From Eledone cirrhosa (taxonomy: Eukaryota): 64,000 nucleotides of DNA. The translations under genes were made by a program, and so were the position numbers. This document shows positions 26,030 to 40,247 of the stretch, in pieces. The notes beneath the pieces were generated by a model. It was not told the DNA's origin. It saw only the letters and a program-made list of their open reading frames with translations, and did no database searches. The stretch lies in the NCBI GenBank assembly GCA_964016885.1, contig OZ024746.1, positions 100,502,001 through 100,566,000 of the forward strand, written 5' to 3'. Numbering within the stretch: the first letter of the stretch is position 1; each line of letters begins with the position of its first letter.

Positions 26030-27200
26030 TATATAAATATATACATTTTATATATATATATACATTTTATATATATATATACATTTTATATATATATATA
26101 CATTTTATATATATATATACATTTTATATATATATATACATTTTATATATATATATATATACATTTTATATATATATATATATACATTTTATATATATAT
26201 ATATACATTTTATATATATATATATACATTTTATATATATATATATACATTTTATATATATATATATACATTTTATATATATATATATATACATTTTATA
26301 TATATATATACATTTTATATATATATATACATTTTATATATATATATATATACATTTTATATATATATATATATACATTTTATATATATATATATATATA
26401 CATTTTATATATATATATATATATACATTTTATATATATATATATATATATACATTTTATATATATATATATATACATTTTATATATATATATATATACA
26501 TTTTATATATATATATATATACATTTTATATATATATATATATACATTTTATATATATATATATATACATTTTATATATATATATATACATTTTATATAT
26601 ATATATATATACATTTTATATATATATATATATATACATTTTATATATAAATATATATACATTTTATATATATATATATACATTTTATATATATATATAT
26701 ACATTTTATATATATATACATTTTATATATATATATATACATTTTATATATATATATATACATTTTATATATATATATATACATTTTATATATATATATA
26801 TACATTTTATATATATATATATATATACATTTTATTTATATATATATATACATTTTATTTATATATATATACATTTTATTTATATATATATACATTTTAT
26901 ATATATATATATACATTTTATATATATATATATACATTTTATATATATATATATACATTTTATATATATACATTTTATATATATATATATATATACATTT
27001 TATATATATATATATATATATACATTTTATATATATATATATATATATACATTTTATTTATATATATATATATACATTTTATTTATATATATATATATAC
27101 ATTTTATATATATATATATATATATACATTTTATTTATATATATATATATACATTTTATTTATATATATATATATACATTTTATTTATATATATATATAT

Positions 27201-27232
<32 letters not shown>

Positions 27233-27354
27233 CATTTTATATATATATATATATATATATACATTTTATATATATATATATATATACACACATTTTATAT
27301 ATATATACATTTTATATATATATATATATATATACACACATTTTATATATATAT

Positions 27355-27386
<32 letters not shown>

Positions 27387-28448
27387 CATTTTATATATAT
27401 ATATATATATACATTTTATATATATATATATATAGATTTTATATATATATATAGATTTTATATATATATATATATAGATTTTATATATATATATATATAT
27501 AGAGATTTTATATATATATATATATAGATTTTATATATATATATATATATATATAGATTTTATATATATATATATATATAGATTTTATATATATATATAT
27601 ATATAGATTTTATATATATATATATATATAGATTTTATATATATATATATATATAGATTTTATATATATATATATATAGATTTTATATATATATATATAT
27701 AGATTTTATATATATATATATATAGATTTTATATATATATATAGATTTTATATATATATATAGATTTTATATATATATATAGATTTTATATATATATATA
27801 TAGAGATTTTATATATATATATATAGAGATTTTATATATATATATATATAGAGATTTTATATATATATATATATAGAGATTTTATATATATATATATATA
27901 GAGATTTTATATATATATATATATAGAGATTTTATATATATATATATATAGATTTTATATATATATAGATTTTATATATATATAGATTTTATATATATAT
28001 AGATTTTATATATATATAGATTTTATATATATATAGATTTTATATATATATAGAGATTTTATATATATATAGAGATTTTATATATATATAGAGATTTTAT
28101 ATATATATAGAGATTTTATATATATATAGAGATTTTATATATATATAGAGATTTTATATATATATAGAGATTTTATATATATATAGAGATTTTATATATA
28201 TATAGAGATTTTATATATATATAGAGATTTTATATATATATATAGAGATTTTATATATATATATAGAGATTTTATATATATATATATATACATTTTATAT
28301 ATATATATATATACATTTTATATATATATATATATACATTTTATATATATATATATATACATTTTATATATATATATATATACATTTTGTATATATATAT
28401 ACATTTTATATATATATATACGTTTTATATATATATTTTATATATATA

Positions 28449-28519
<71 letters not shown>

Positions 28520-28526
28520 ATATATA

Positions 28527-28569
<43 letters not shown>

Positions 28570-28599
28570 ATATATATATATATATATATTTTATATATA

Positions 28600-28638
<39 letters not shown>

Positions 28639-28730
28639 ATATATATATATATATATATTTTATATATATATATATTTTATATATTTTATATATATATATA
28701 TTTTATATATATATATATTTTATATATATA

Positions 28731-28764
<34 letters not shown>

Positions 28765-28843
28765 TTTATATATATATATATTTTATATATATATATATAT
28801 ATTTTATATATATATATATATATATTTTATATATATATATATA

Positions 28844-28877
<34 letters not shown>

Positions 28878-28930
28878 TTTATATATATATATATATATAT
28901 TTTATATATATATATATTTTATATATATTT

Positions 28931-28963
<33 letters not shown>

Positions 28964-29208
28964 ATATTTATATATATTTATATATATTTATATATATTTA
29001 TATATATTTATATATATATATATATTTATATATATTTATATATATATATATTTATATATATATATATTTATATATATTTATATATATATATATATTTATA
29101 TATATTTATATATATATATATATTTATATATATTTATATATATATATATATATTTATATATATTTATATATATATATATATTTATATATATTTATTTATA
29201 TATATATT

Positions 29209-29239
<31 letters not shown>

Positions 29240-29473
29240 ATTTATATTTATATATATATTTATATATATTTATATATTTATATATATTTATATATATATA
29301 TATATTTATATATATTTATATATATATATATATTTATATATATTTATATATATTTTATATATATATATATATTATATATATATTATATATATATATATAT
29401 TTTTATATATATATATATTTTATATATATATATATTTTATATATATATATATTTTATATATATATATATATTT

Positions 29474-29505
<32 letters not shown>

Positions 29506-29553
29506 TATATATATATATATTTTATATATATATATATATTTTATATATATATA

Positions 29554-29616
<63 letters not shown>

Positions 29617-29647
29617 TTTATATATATATATATATTTTATATATATA

Positions 29648-29696
<49 letters not shown>

Positions 29697-30310
29697 ATAT
29701 ATATATATATATTTTATATATATATATATATTTTATATATATATATATTTTATATATATATATATATATATATTTTATATATATATATTTTATATATATT
29801 TTATATATAAAGTATAGATATATAGAGTATATATAGATATATAAAATATAGATATATATATATACTTTATATCTATATATATTTTATATATATATATTTT
29901 ATATAACTATATATATTTTATATAACTATATATATTTTATATAACTATATATATTTTATATAACTATATATATTTTATATAACTATATATATTTTATATA
30001 ACTATATATATTTTATATATCTATATATATTTTATATATCTATATATATTTTATATAACTATATATATTTTATATAACTATATATATTTTATATATCTAT
30101 ATATATTTTATATAACTATATATATTTTATATATCTATATATATTTTATATAACTATATATATTTTATATATCTATATATATTTTATATATCTATATATA
30201 TTTTATATATCTATATATATTTTATATATCTATATATATTTTATATATCTATATATATTTTATATATCTATATATATTTTATATATCTATATATATTTTA
30301 TATATCTATA

Positions 30311-30342
<32 letters not shown>

Positions 30343-30933
30343 TTTATATATATATATATATTTTATATATATATATATATATTTTATATATATATATATA
30401 TATATTTTATATATATATATATATATATTTTATATATATATATATATATATTTTATATATATATATATATTTTATATATATATATATACTTTATATATAT
30501 ATATATATATATATATACTTTATATATATATATATATATATATATACTTTATATATATATATATATATATATACTTTATATATATATATATATATATACT
30601 TTATATATATATATACTTTATATATATATATATATATACTTATATATATATATATAAAGTATATATATATATATATATAAAGTATATATACTTTATATAT
30701 ATATATATAATCTATATATACTTTATATATATATATATAATCTATATATACTTTATATATATATATATAATCTATATATACTTTATATATATATATATAA
30801 TCTATATATACTTTATATATATATATATAATCTATATATACTTTATATATATATATATAATCTATATATACTTTATATATATATATATATATATCTATAT
30901 ATACTTTATATATATATATATATATCTATATAT

Positions 30934-30970
<37 letters not shown>

Positions 30971-31525
30971 TTTATATATATATATATCTATATATACTTT
31001 ATATATATATATATCTATATATACTTTATATATATATATATATCTATATATACTTTATATAAATATATATAGATATATCTATATATACTTTATATAGATA
31101 TATATATATCTATATATACTTTATATATATATATATATCTATATATACTTTATATATCTATATATATATATATCTATATATACTTTATATATATATATAT
31201 ATACTTTATATATATATATATATACTTTATATATATATATATATACTTTATATATATATATATATACTTTATATATATATATCTATATATACTTTATATA
31301 TATATATATATATACTTTATATTATATATATCTATATATACTTTATATATATATATATATATACTTTATATATATATATCTATATATACTTTATATATAT
31401 ATATATATATACTTTATATATATATATCTATATATACTTTATATATATATATCTATATATACTTTATATATATATATATATATATTTTATATATATATAT
31501 ATATATTTTATATATATTTTATATA
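26030..31525. repeat. ~5.5-kb interrupted (TA)n array with serially changing punctuation
   Basis: Blocks of CATTTT, GATTTT/GAGATTTT, TTTT, TTT, AACT/ATCT and CTTT units. Confidence 0.95.
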
Positions 31526-31939
31526 TTATATTACGCAGGCAGTTTGTGTGAGTATTATATATATGAATTTTGGTGAGTGTTTATTGGTGTATGGAGGCAG
31601 AAAAACGTCTAAAATTATCATCCGGCCTATTGTTAGGTTCTGATGTTTGAGGAAAGAAAGCGTTTAAATAAAATGGCCATCACAAGCTGTTGACTGAAAT
31701 GTCATCCTCGTCGGTACTTCCCCCACCGAACAACCAGAAACCAAACAGAAGAAACAGCAATCGTCGTCTCGTTTTTTGTTGTTTTTTTGTTGCTTTTCTT
31801 TCACACCAACCACTTTTCCTCCCTTTCCATTCTTCAAAGTAGGACAATGTTAAATTGTTATTAGTATTATTTGTAATGGTAGTAGTTAAAGGAAAAGATA
31901 TTATTGTTGTGTTCAAATGTTGCTGAAGTTGTCTCGCAT

Positions 31940-32245
31940 CCTTACGGGGGGGGGGGGGGGGTGTAAGATAAAGTACCAGTAATACACTAGGATCGATTTA
32001 ATCAGCTTCTCACTCTTCCACCAGAATAAAGTACCAGTAATACACTGGAGATCGATTTAATCGACTTTTGACTCTCTCCCACAAAAAAAAAGTACCAGTA
32101 ATATACTCTGGTCGATTTCATTGACTTTTCACTCTCTCCCACCAAAAATAAAGTACCAGTAATACACGAGTCGATTTTATTGACTTTCCCTGTCTCCCTC
32201 ACAAATTGTTGGCCTTGTCTAAATAGAAACCATTGTTATTATTAA
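31940..32245 (+). mobile_element. SINE family B 3' half with a four-fold internal tandem repeat (~60 bp)
   Basis: AAAGTACCAGTAATA.AC...TCGATTT.AT..CTT units at ~31967, 32026, 32088 and 32148, then the normal tail TTGTTGGCCTTGT...TAGAAACCATTGTTATT. Confidence 0.85.
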
Positions 32246-32536
32246 TCGTAGTATTTATTGGTGTCGGTAATGGTTTTGTTTATTTTAAAGTAAAACTGAA
32301 TTAAGATACACCTACCCAAAATAGAAGATTCAGTGTCTACGAACTAAATAATTGGTGTATATATATATATATATATATATATATTGTGTATATATATATA
32401 TATATATATATATTGTGTATATATATTTTCCCTCTGCTGGGTTATGATTTACGTGTCTAGATGTTTGATATCCTCCTTTCGTACATTTATATATTAATAA
32501 ATCTATATATTTATAGTGTGTATTGTCTGTATATTT

Positions 32537-32588
<52 letters not shown>

Positions 32589-33024
32589 CTATATTATATG
32601 TATATTGTCTATATATATTTTGTTTTTGTCGATATGTCTATATTGTTGGTGTATATACATCTATATACATTTTTTGTGCGCATATGTGTATATGTATAAA
32701 TTTTTGTGTGTAGATATATAAAATGTTTGTGTGTGGTGTGTGCTTATATATAGTTTTCTTTATAGACATGGTATGTATATTTGTGATTGGATATATGTGT
32801 GCGTGTATATAAATGACACTACATAGAAGGCAGAATAACAATGTTGACAATATTGAAATATAACCTTTATATTTAGAATTATCTTGACTACTCACCCACA
32901 TCTTATGTCATTGATTACATATCAACCTGTGTATATATATCACGCTCCCGGCCACCTTCCCCTCTCTTAGTCTACTACACCCGATTTTCTCAACTATTAT
33001 TTATGCTTATCAACTAATCTAGTA

Positions 33025-33165
33025 ATTTACCTGATGATTTCTTACTAATGAAACAATTAGTCCTGTAGCAGCCATTTATTTCTATATTAAACTTTGTATA
33101 TACTCTACTGATGTATTGAGTATTTCACTTACTATGGTTACCCCCGATTGAACCAGGGACGGAGG
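33025..33165 (+). mobile_element. Putative Penelope-like terminal repeat with minimal hammerhead-like motif (33031-33062)
   Basis: CTGATGA-TTTCTTACTAAT-GAAAC-AATTA-GTC followed by family sequence TGTATTGAG...CCCGATTGAACC.GGGAC. Confidence 0.55.
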
Positions 33166-33431
33166 ACACCCACAGACCCATGTATATATGGGGAGTGTTG
33201 GATAAAATGCACCCATCCCACTTAGGGTGTCTTGATGTAGAAACCATATAATGAAACGTCTAGTCCCAGGTAACGACGATGATGATGGTGGCGTGTGTGT
33301 GTATATATATATATATGCGGGTTCCCGAGTGGTGTCTGGTGGGGGGGGGGGGGTAGCAACAGTTAAAAATGGTACTCAATACGTTGTTAGACTATAAACA
33401 TCTTTATTATATGTTGAAATTACTTCTACAT

Positions 33432-33465
33432 GACCAGAACTGTTTCATTCATATGAAATCATCAG
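33432..33465 (-). ncRNA. Minimal type I hammerhead-ribozyme-like motif
   Basis: Minus strand reads CTGATGA-TTTCATATGAAT-GAAAC-AGTTCTG-GTC: both core boxes, palindromic stem II (TTCATATGAA) and a GUC triplet; stem I not intact. Confidence 0.45.
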
Positions 33466-34447
33466 AATGAAACAGTTTTAGTCTTGTATAATTATACATA
33501 AATGTGTGTGTGGGAGACATGGTGTGTACATGTAATCATATTTTAGTGTAATGGTCTAGATAGTTGTCCAATTTACAACAGTGATGTGGTTAGATTCCCA
33601 TTGACAGTTCTGTCACTGTTTTCTATCATAAGTCTTAACCATTTAGATTACATTCTGGGATTTGTCAGCAATGCTGAAATATTCAGGGTGAGACAGGGCT
33701 GTGCCCAAGATTGGTGTGCTTCCATTTACATTTAAGTCATTGCTTCCTTACCAGGAAGTCATGTGATATGTCTGGAAGTAAATTGTGGTTTATACTGTTA
33801 AAAATGTGCAGCTTGCACCTCTGCAGTTTTAGCTGGCCTCCTTTGGAGTTGTATTGCATAGGGTTCTTGAATGTTTTTAATGAAAAGTGCCCCAGTTATA
33901 TTATGAAAAGCAAGATGAAATGACGTTTCTTGATGAAGAATACAACATGCTCTCTGGTTCCGGATTTGGACCCACGCCCTTATGATCGAGTCCAGAGATC
34001 ATGCAGTACCTGATTAGTAAAGTTTAATTTAATAAAATAAAATGTTGAATGACAAATGTTATTTATTAGACTTTTATGTGTTATGTTATAATTACAAAAT
34101 TCGTTCATCAGGCCATTCTGGAGCTCCAAAGATACACAAATCCTGTAGCTGATAACCACTGTAATCTAGCTGTTGGTTGTATTGCATATTTTTGCTTATA
34201 TAATATATATATACATTATCGTCATTATCAGTTTTGTCTTGTTTTTCCATGCCAGAATAAGTTGGAGACATTTTGGACAGAATCCTTCTAATAGAGGCCT
34301 TTCCTGATGCCAACCCTCACTTATTATTTTATATCTGATTTCCATGCTAGTGTGGGTTACAAGTTATCTTCTCAATCTGTCTTACTGCTCTCCTAGATAC
34401 GATTGCATTTTTGGTATCATTCTTAACACCAACTGCTTAAACCAACT

Positions 34448-34644
34448 GCATTTAAACTAGCCATATCCGGCCAGAATTCTCTCACCTCTTTCTGTTCAAA
34501 CCGGCTATAACAGACCACTCGTACTGATTTTACGCTATTCTCAAAATAAATATCAATCTCATAGATTTGATATTATATGGGATAAAGCTTTTACCATGAA
34601 AATACAATAGTAAATATAGAGTAATGTAAATGCTAATGGGTTAA
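34448..34644 (+). mobile_element. TTAA/piggyBac-type MITE family 1
   Basis: Family core present; ends TAAATGCTAATGGG-TTAA. Confidence 0.8.
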
Positions 34645-37600
34645 AGAGTGTGCACACTGCATTTTATATCCTTAACTAGACTAAAGTGTTCTATCTGCCC
34701 TGTACTGTTTCTGTTTGCCAAACACTATAGAGATAGTAAGTAGGTAGATTTATAGTGGCAACAATACTAATGAGACTTATTCTCCTCCAAAGCTGTCTTC
34801 TCCACTCTGCAGTCTTTGATGGCAAAGTGGCCAACAGTATGATTATGATGGTTGTGTTGGCCTGTAAGTTGAATGAGGAAACAGTATGGATATGAGTGTG
34901 AAAAAGGAGACGGTGTTAGATGTAAGACCAGTGGTTGCTGCATGTTGGTTGTTGGTAGTATGTTATGTCCTTTATTTTAGGGGCCTTTTGACAAGCTTGC
35001 ACCATTGGGCAGGTCTCCTGTTATAGTACATGTTGCTAATCTTCACATCTGTTTGTCAAATTTATAAACTACACATCACACCTCTAACTGCAAAACACTG
35101 ACAGACCTTTTCCTTTCTATTCCTCCCCTTTCTAAGATTCCCTGTCATCTAGCTTCTTGCTATTTCTAAGCCTGTTACTTAACTTTTGTGTCTCTCCCTA
35201 CATGATTATTCCACCCCTTGTCTGACTCTGTCCTTGCCTCAGCTATAGATCTAATCTGTCACTCAGATTCTTTCATAGACATTCCGGTTGTCCTCTGTTA
35301 TAGGTCTTCCACTCATTTGTCATGTTTCAATTATTCTTTCTTCTCCAAACTGATTTGGGTCTCTGTCTAGTACTCACTCTAAAATCACTAGTCTTTAATC
35401 TATGTTGAGCGACACCCTCTCCACCTGGGACTGTTGAGTGGCACCCTCTCCAACTGGGAAAGACTTATCATTTACAACTATCTTCTTATGTTTACCTGAT
35501 TGATTGATTCTCAGATGACTGGCTAAAGTTAGTATACCAAATTGTCTAGTCATCTTCATCCTCATAACAAAACTATATCTTCATGTCGGTGCTTCCTGTG
35601 TTTGTTGAGTCACCAGCCAAGATAATGATGCTAATGTCATTTGTTGCTGAGGATGGATGCTAAAATAAATGTCACCATCTTATTGTCCATGTTTTGTCTA
35701 AGTTTAATACTTATCACATAATCTCACTACCTCAATTACTTATTTCTCTGCTAATAATCTACCTACACCAACCATCTCATCCCTGTTCACTACCCAAAAG
35801 AATTTATACGTTTTTTTTGCTCATGAGGAGTTTGCCCAAAGACTTCATCTGACTTCTCAAACACAGCACACATCTGGTCTCCATTCCAACAGTGGACAAA
35901 TTAGATTGGTTCAGACTTCTCTTGCATCATCAGTTTCCACTTTTTGATTAATTATTTACTTACACCTACTTCTCCAATGAGTTAGGGTGAGAGGATTCTT
36001 CAGTTATTTTAAGGGACAAAAAGCACCCAGTACACACTGTACATATGGTTGGTGTTAGGAAGGGCATCCAGCCATAGAAACCAAGCCAGAATCAGTTCTG
36101 TATGAGCAAGACACTATCACCTGATCTGACTTGTTTCACAACAGGACAATTTGTCTAACCCATGCTAGCGTGGAAAAATGGACATTAAATGGTGACGATA
36201 ACTTCTCCAGTGTTGATGATTTACACAATAAACACACCCAGTACATTCTGTTAGTGATATGATGGGCATCCAGTCTTAACAATAGGTCAGTCTTAATGCT
36301 AGTGGCTTGATGCACTATTTTCTTTGAGAATGTATGTAAACAAAAAGCAGGTTCCTGGCCTGCTTGAGAGTTCATGTATAAGCATGGAACTCATGGAAGA
36401 GGAGTGTCCTTAGTCTGTGATGAACCATCCAACCTTCACTTGTAAGGAAACACATTAAATGTTTGTGTTGACACCTGAAATCTGTTAAATAATATAGTTA
36501 CTCTGCTTCATATTAGATTCTTTTTGCTTAGATCAGTGTATGTAATCTGTAAATTGGGAGTGGTGATGCTACAATGAATGTACTCAGTACACAGTGAACT
36601 GGTTAGTGCTGATACCATTTTAATATGCACTCAGTACACACTGAAAAGCAGTTATGGGCAAACTGTGGCCTATTTGGTTTTATGAATGATATACCTAATT
36701 TGAATTTTTTAGTAGTGTGGTCCACCTTATGAACCACATCCTATGTGGCCCACCTAATGATGAACCACATCCTAAGTGGCCCATGGCTGCTGTTGTCATG
36801 ATAAAATGCACCCAGTATACTCTGTAAAGTGGTTGGCATTAAGCAGGGTGTGCCTAAATGAAACATAAGCATGGAACCCATGGAAGAGGGGTGTCCTTGG
36901 AAGACTTGAGGCAGTGTGGTGAAGACTAATCAGAAACTGAAATTCGCAAAGGCGGTAAAAAAAAAGATGATTGGTGACATGTGGTGCAAATGTTATAATG
37001 GTTAAAATAATTTTGGTAATGGTAAAGGTGGAAATGTATGATATATGATTGGGGTCTCTCCTCCAATATACTTCTATAAAATATCCATCTATTGCCCTAA
37101 TCATTATCCTCTCATTTATCACCCTCTATCCTAATCACTGTTCCGTGGCAAGAAAGGGCATTTGATTTGTTCATATTCAATCCCTGCTCCTCTTTACCCA
37201 TTAACATTCACATTACACTTCTGAACGAACGAGACATGGTCTCCTGACCAATCCCCCATCAAATGGAACAAAACCGTCTAACCCATGCTAGCGTGGAAGA
37301 TGGACATTAAACGATGATCTGTCTCTCTCACCATCACCCTTCTCTTACTTTATCTCTCTTATATCACAGCAGCTGTGTAATTATGGAATCAGAGCTATCC
37401 ATATTCAGTACCTCTTATTGTCACCCTCTACTACTAACCATATTTCTCCACCTTGTGACTCTACCACTCTCATTTGCCATCATTCTCACCTTAACTTGAC
37501 TGGTTTTTATTGCTATTCCATGTATATATATCTATGCCGGTATGTATTTCTCTTTTTTGTTAAGTTTATTTTGCTCTGACAAGTTTGTAAAGAAAACTTT

Positions 37601-39194
37601 TTTTTTTTCTCTCCATTGTCCCTTATGGAACCATTCATCCTTTAAACTTTCAAATGTTTCTGTCCAAGAAGGTTGTCATAATTCAATTGATACAGGTTAG
37701 TATATAACTTATTGCTTCAATAATAATGGCTCTGAAGCTGAAAGTGTATTTTGGTTACTTGGTTTGCAAACTCCTTATCAACAGTTCATAGCTTTCTTCT
37801 GGGTTTTTTTAACCATTCCACAATATACTGCCTTGCACAGTTCACTCTCTTCAAGGCACCACCCTCCTCCTTATTAAGCAATATGTAATCTGACACTACT
37901 CTCAGTATTGCCCACTCCCCAGCTGAACCAAGGACACAAAACATACAAATGCTGAACTGAGGTTGCACTGGTGACATAAAATACCCATTTCACTCTGTAA
38001 GGTGGCTGTGCTTGTGCTACAACAAAAAGCATCCAGTCTACCCTGTAAGATTCCCGAACACACTGTAAGATGGTCAGCATTAGGAAGGGCATCCAACTTT
38101 AGAAACTACGTAAGCCAAAAACAATGTATGAGCAAGATATGCTCAGCTGACCTGTCTGACCTCAACGTGACAGCCGATCTAACTCGTGAGCATGGAAAAT
38201 AGATGTTAAATGGTGGTGATTGTTGAGTGAGCAACTGACTTCCACAATGGTCCCAAACAATTATCAAGTTGGTTGTTTTAATTTTAGGATCCATCAATAC
38301 ACTCATCCCTATTTTTTATCTCATGAGAAAGTAGTATCAGTTTTTGTTGTCAGCTGAGGATTTTTTGTTCTGGAATTGTATTAGGCTTCAAGGTGAGATG
38401 TTATACACTTGGAACTCCATGTCAGGATATTGGTGTAGTTTACTTCTTCTATGGTCTGAATTTTCATGTACACATGGATAACCTCAGTGAAGTGGTCTAT
38501 TTTATTTTGCTCTATGGCTAAACAGGATTTGCTAATGTTCTTTATAGAGATCTGAGTCATCTTTTATATTGTCTCTTCAAATTTATTGGCCCTCCTAATA
38601 ATTATTTGCATGCTAGCAAACTTTCGAGATGGTTGCTGGCCTTTTTCTCTCCCGAAGATGTTACAAGCTATACAACATTAACACACATTTAAGGCCAAGG
38701 CTGCTGTCTTTGTATACGAAATATATAGTCTGTACACATCCCTGTTGATATTAAAACATCCAGTAACACAACAGTTTGGGTTCTTCTGTGTGTGTGTGTG
38801 TCATGATTTTGAATTTGCTTTTTCATGCTGGCATGTGTTGAACAGATCAATACAGACCAAGTCAGTACTTAACAGAGCTACTGTCCTCCTAAATTGGCTG
38901 AGGAACTATGCCTTGCTTACATACATTGCTGTTTTTGTGGCAGTTTCTACATCTGGTTGCCCTTCTTAATGCCAACCACTTTACAGTGTACTGTGAACAT
39001 TTTATTATACACCAGCATTAGAAAGGTTGTCTGGTCCTTGAGTTGGCTGAAGAGCCCTTCTCTGCTCTCTATTGTTGCCAGTCAGTGTACCAAGTGTATT
39101 TTAGAGTGGCACAAATACTAGGTGCAGGGAACAAATATTAGTGCTATATCTGCCCATATATATATCCAATTCCAACCTGCCCGTCCCTTCAATC

Positions 39195-39340
39195 TATATA
39201 TATATGGACAGATATAACACTAAAGTTATGTAAATCAGAATTTAAAAAAGACTATATAATGACTGTCTATAGTCATAATATAGTCTTTTTTTTTTTATTC
39301 TGATTTACATGACTTTCGTGCTATAGCTGTCTATATATAT
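39195..39340. repeat. Fold-back inverted repeat, ~65-bp arms
   Basis: GGACAGATATAACACTAAAGTTATGTAAATCAGAAT...GACTATA pairs with TATAGTC...ATTCTGATTTACATGACTTTCGTGCTATAGCTGTCT. Confidence 0.85.
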
Positions 39341-39738
39341 ATGTATATATACACACAGTTGTAAGTTCGTATGTACTCTAATATATACACAGTTGTAGGT
39401 TCATATATACAGTTACTGGTCCATATATACTCTAATATATATACACACACACAGTGATGTAGTGATTCTGTTTTAGCCACTTTTTCTACTTAGTAAATAA
39501 CTTCAATTGATAGTAGCAGTCGCCGCCACATCCAGTTTTGATTTGTTAGTGGTTATGTCTGCTTACATACATACATATCTCTCTCTCTCTCATATATATT
39601 TATGTATAATTTTATTACAATAAATAGTCTTGTCACTCTGGAGTTTCGCTTTTTTATCACAGGGTCATCAGACAAGAGCTGTGATAAACAAACGAGACTC
39701 GGTATTGAGTACTCTTTCATCTGTCAACCACATACGCA

Positions 39739-39778
<40 letters not shown>

Positions 39779-39780
39779 CA

Positions 39781-39937
39781 TGCGAGGGTGGGCTGAAGGA
39801 TAGATGCTAGGGCTGTGAAATCTTTGCATGCATTGATTTCAACTCCATTTTCTTTTTATGGACTGTTAAAAAATAAACGTCATTTGGTCCATGAGAGTAT
39901 CTTGGTCAGTCTATGAAGTTTTCAGCCGCCCCTCATA
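39781..39937. mobile_element. Mariner-type MITE or internally deleted mariner
   Basis: Imperfect TIRs CGAGGGTGGGCTGAAGG / TTTTCAGCCGCCCCTCA, embedded in TA repeats. Confidence 0.7.
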
Positions 39938-39964
39938 TATATATATATATATATGTATATATTA

Positions 39965-40070
39965 GTGTGTCCCGGGTTCAATCGGGAGTAACGACACTAA
40001 GGCACTCAATATATCTGATTTCCTTCGAATGAAAGTTTTAGTCCTGTAGAAACCTTTTCTATATTAATTT
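39965..40070. mobile_element. Rearranged (inverted plus direct) Penelope-like terminal fragment
   Basis: GTCCCGGGTTCAATCGGG...ACTCAATA is the reverse complement of ~33112-33160 and is fused to CTGAT-TTCCTTCGAAT-GAAAGTTTTAGTCCTGTAG in direct orientation. Confidence 0.55.
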
Positions 40071-40212
40071 TATATATATATATGTGTGTATAGATATATT
40101 TTAGTTTTTGTTAGTGCTTTTTCTGCTTCGGTACACACACACGCACTACTTTTCTCTCTCCCTCTGTGTATGTATATATATATATATATATTTATATGTA
40201 TGTATGTATGTA

Positions 40213-40247
<35 letters not shown>

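Noticed and set aside
25966-29817. 489-, 209- and 476-aa I/Y/F-rich ORFs
   Set aside because: Translations of interrupted (TA)n arrays with no coding complexity.
31960-32215. CRISPR-like ~60-bp periodic repeat
   Set aside because: The whole unit is repeated and matches the internal part of SINE family B.
35040-35960. Possible old CR1/L2-type LINE or coding exons (also ~10390-11050)
   Set aside because: Pyrimidine-rich and TE-like, but I could not recover a diagnostic motif or consistent splice sites by eye.
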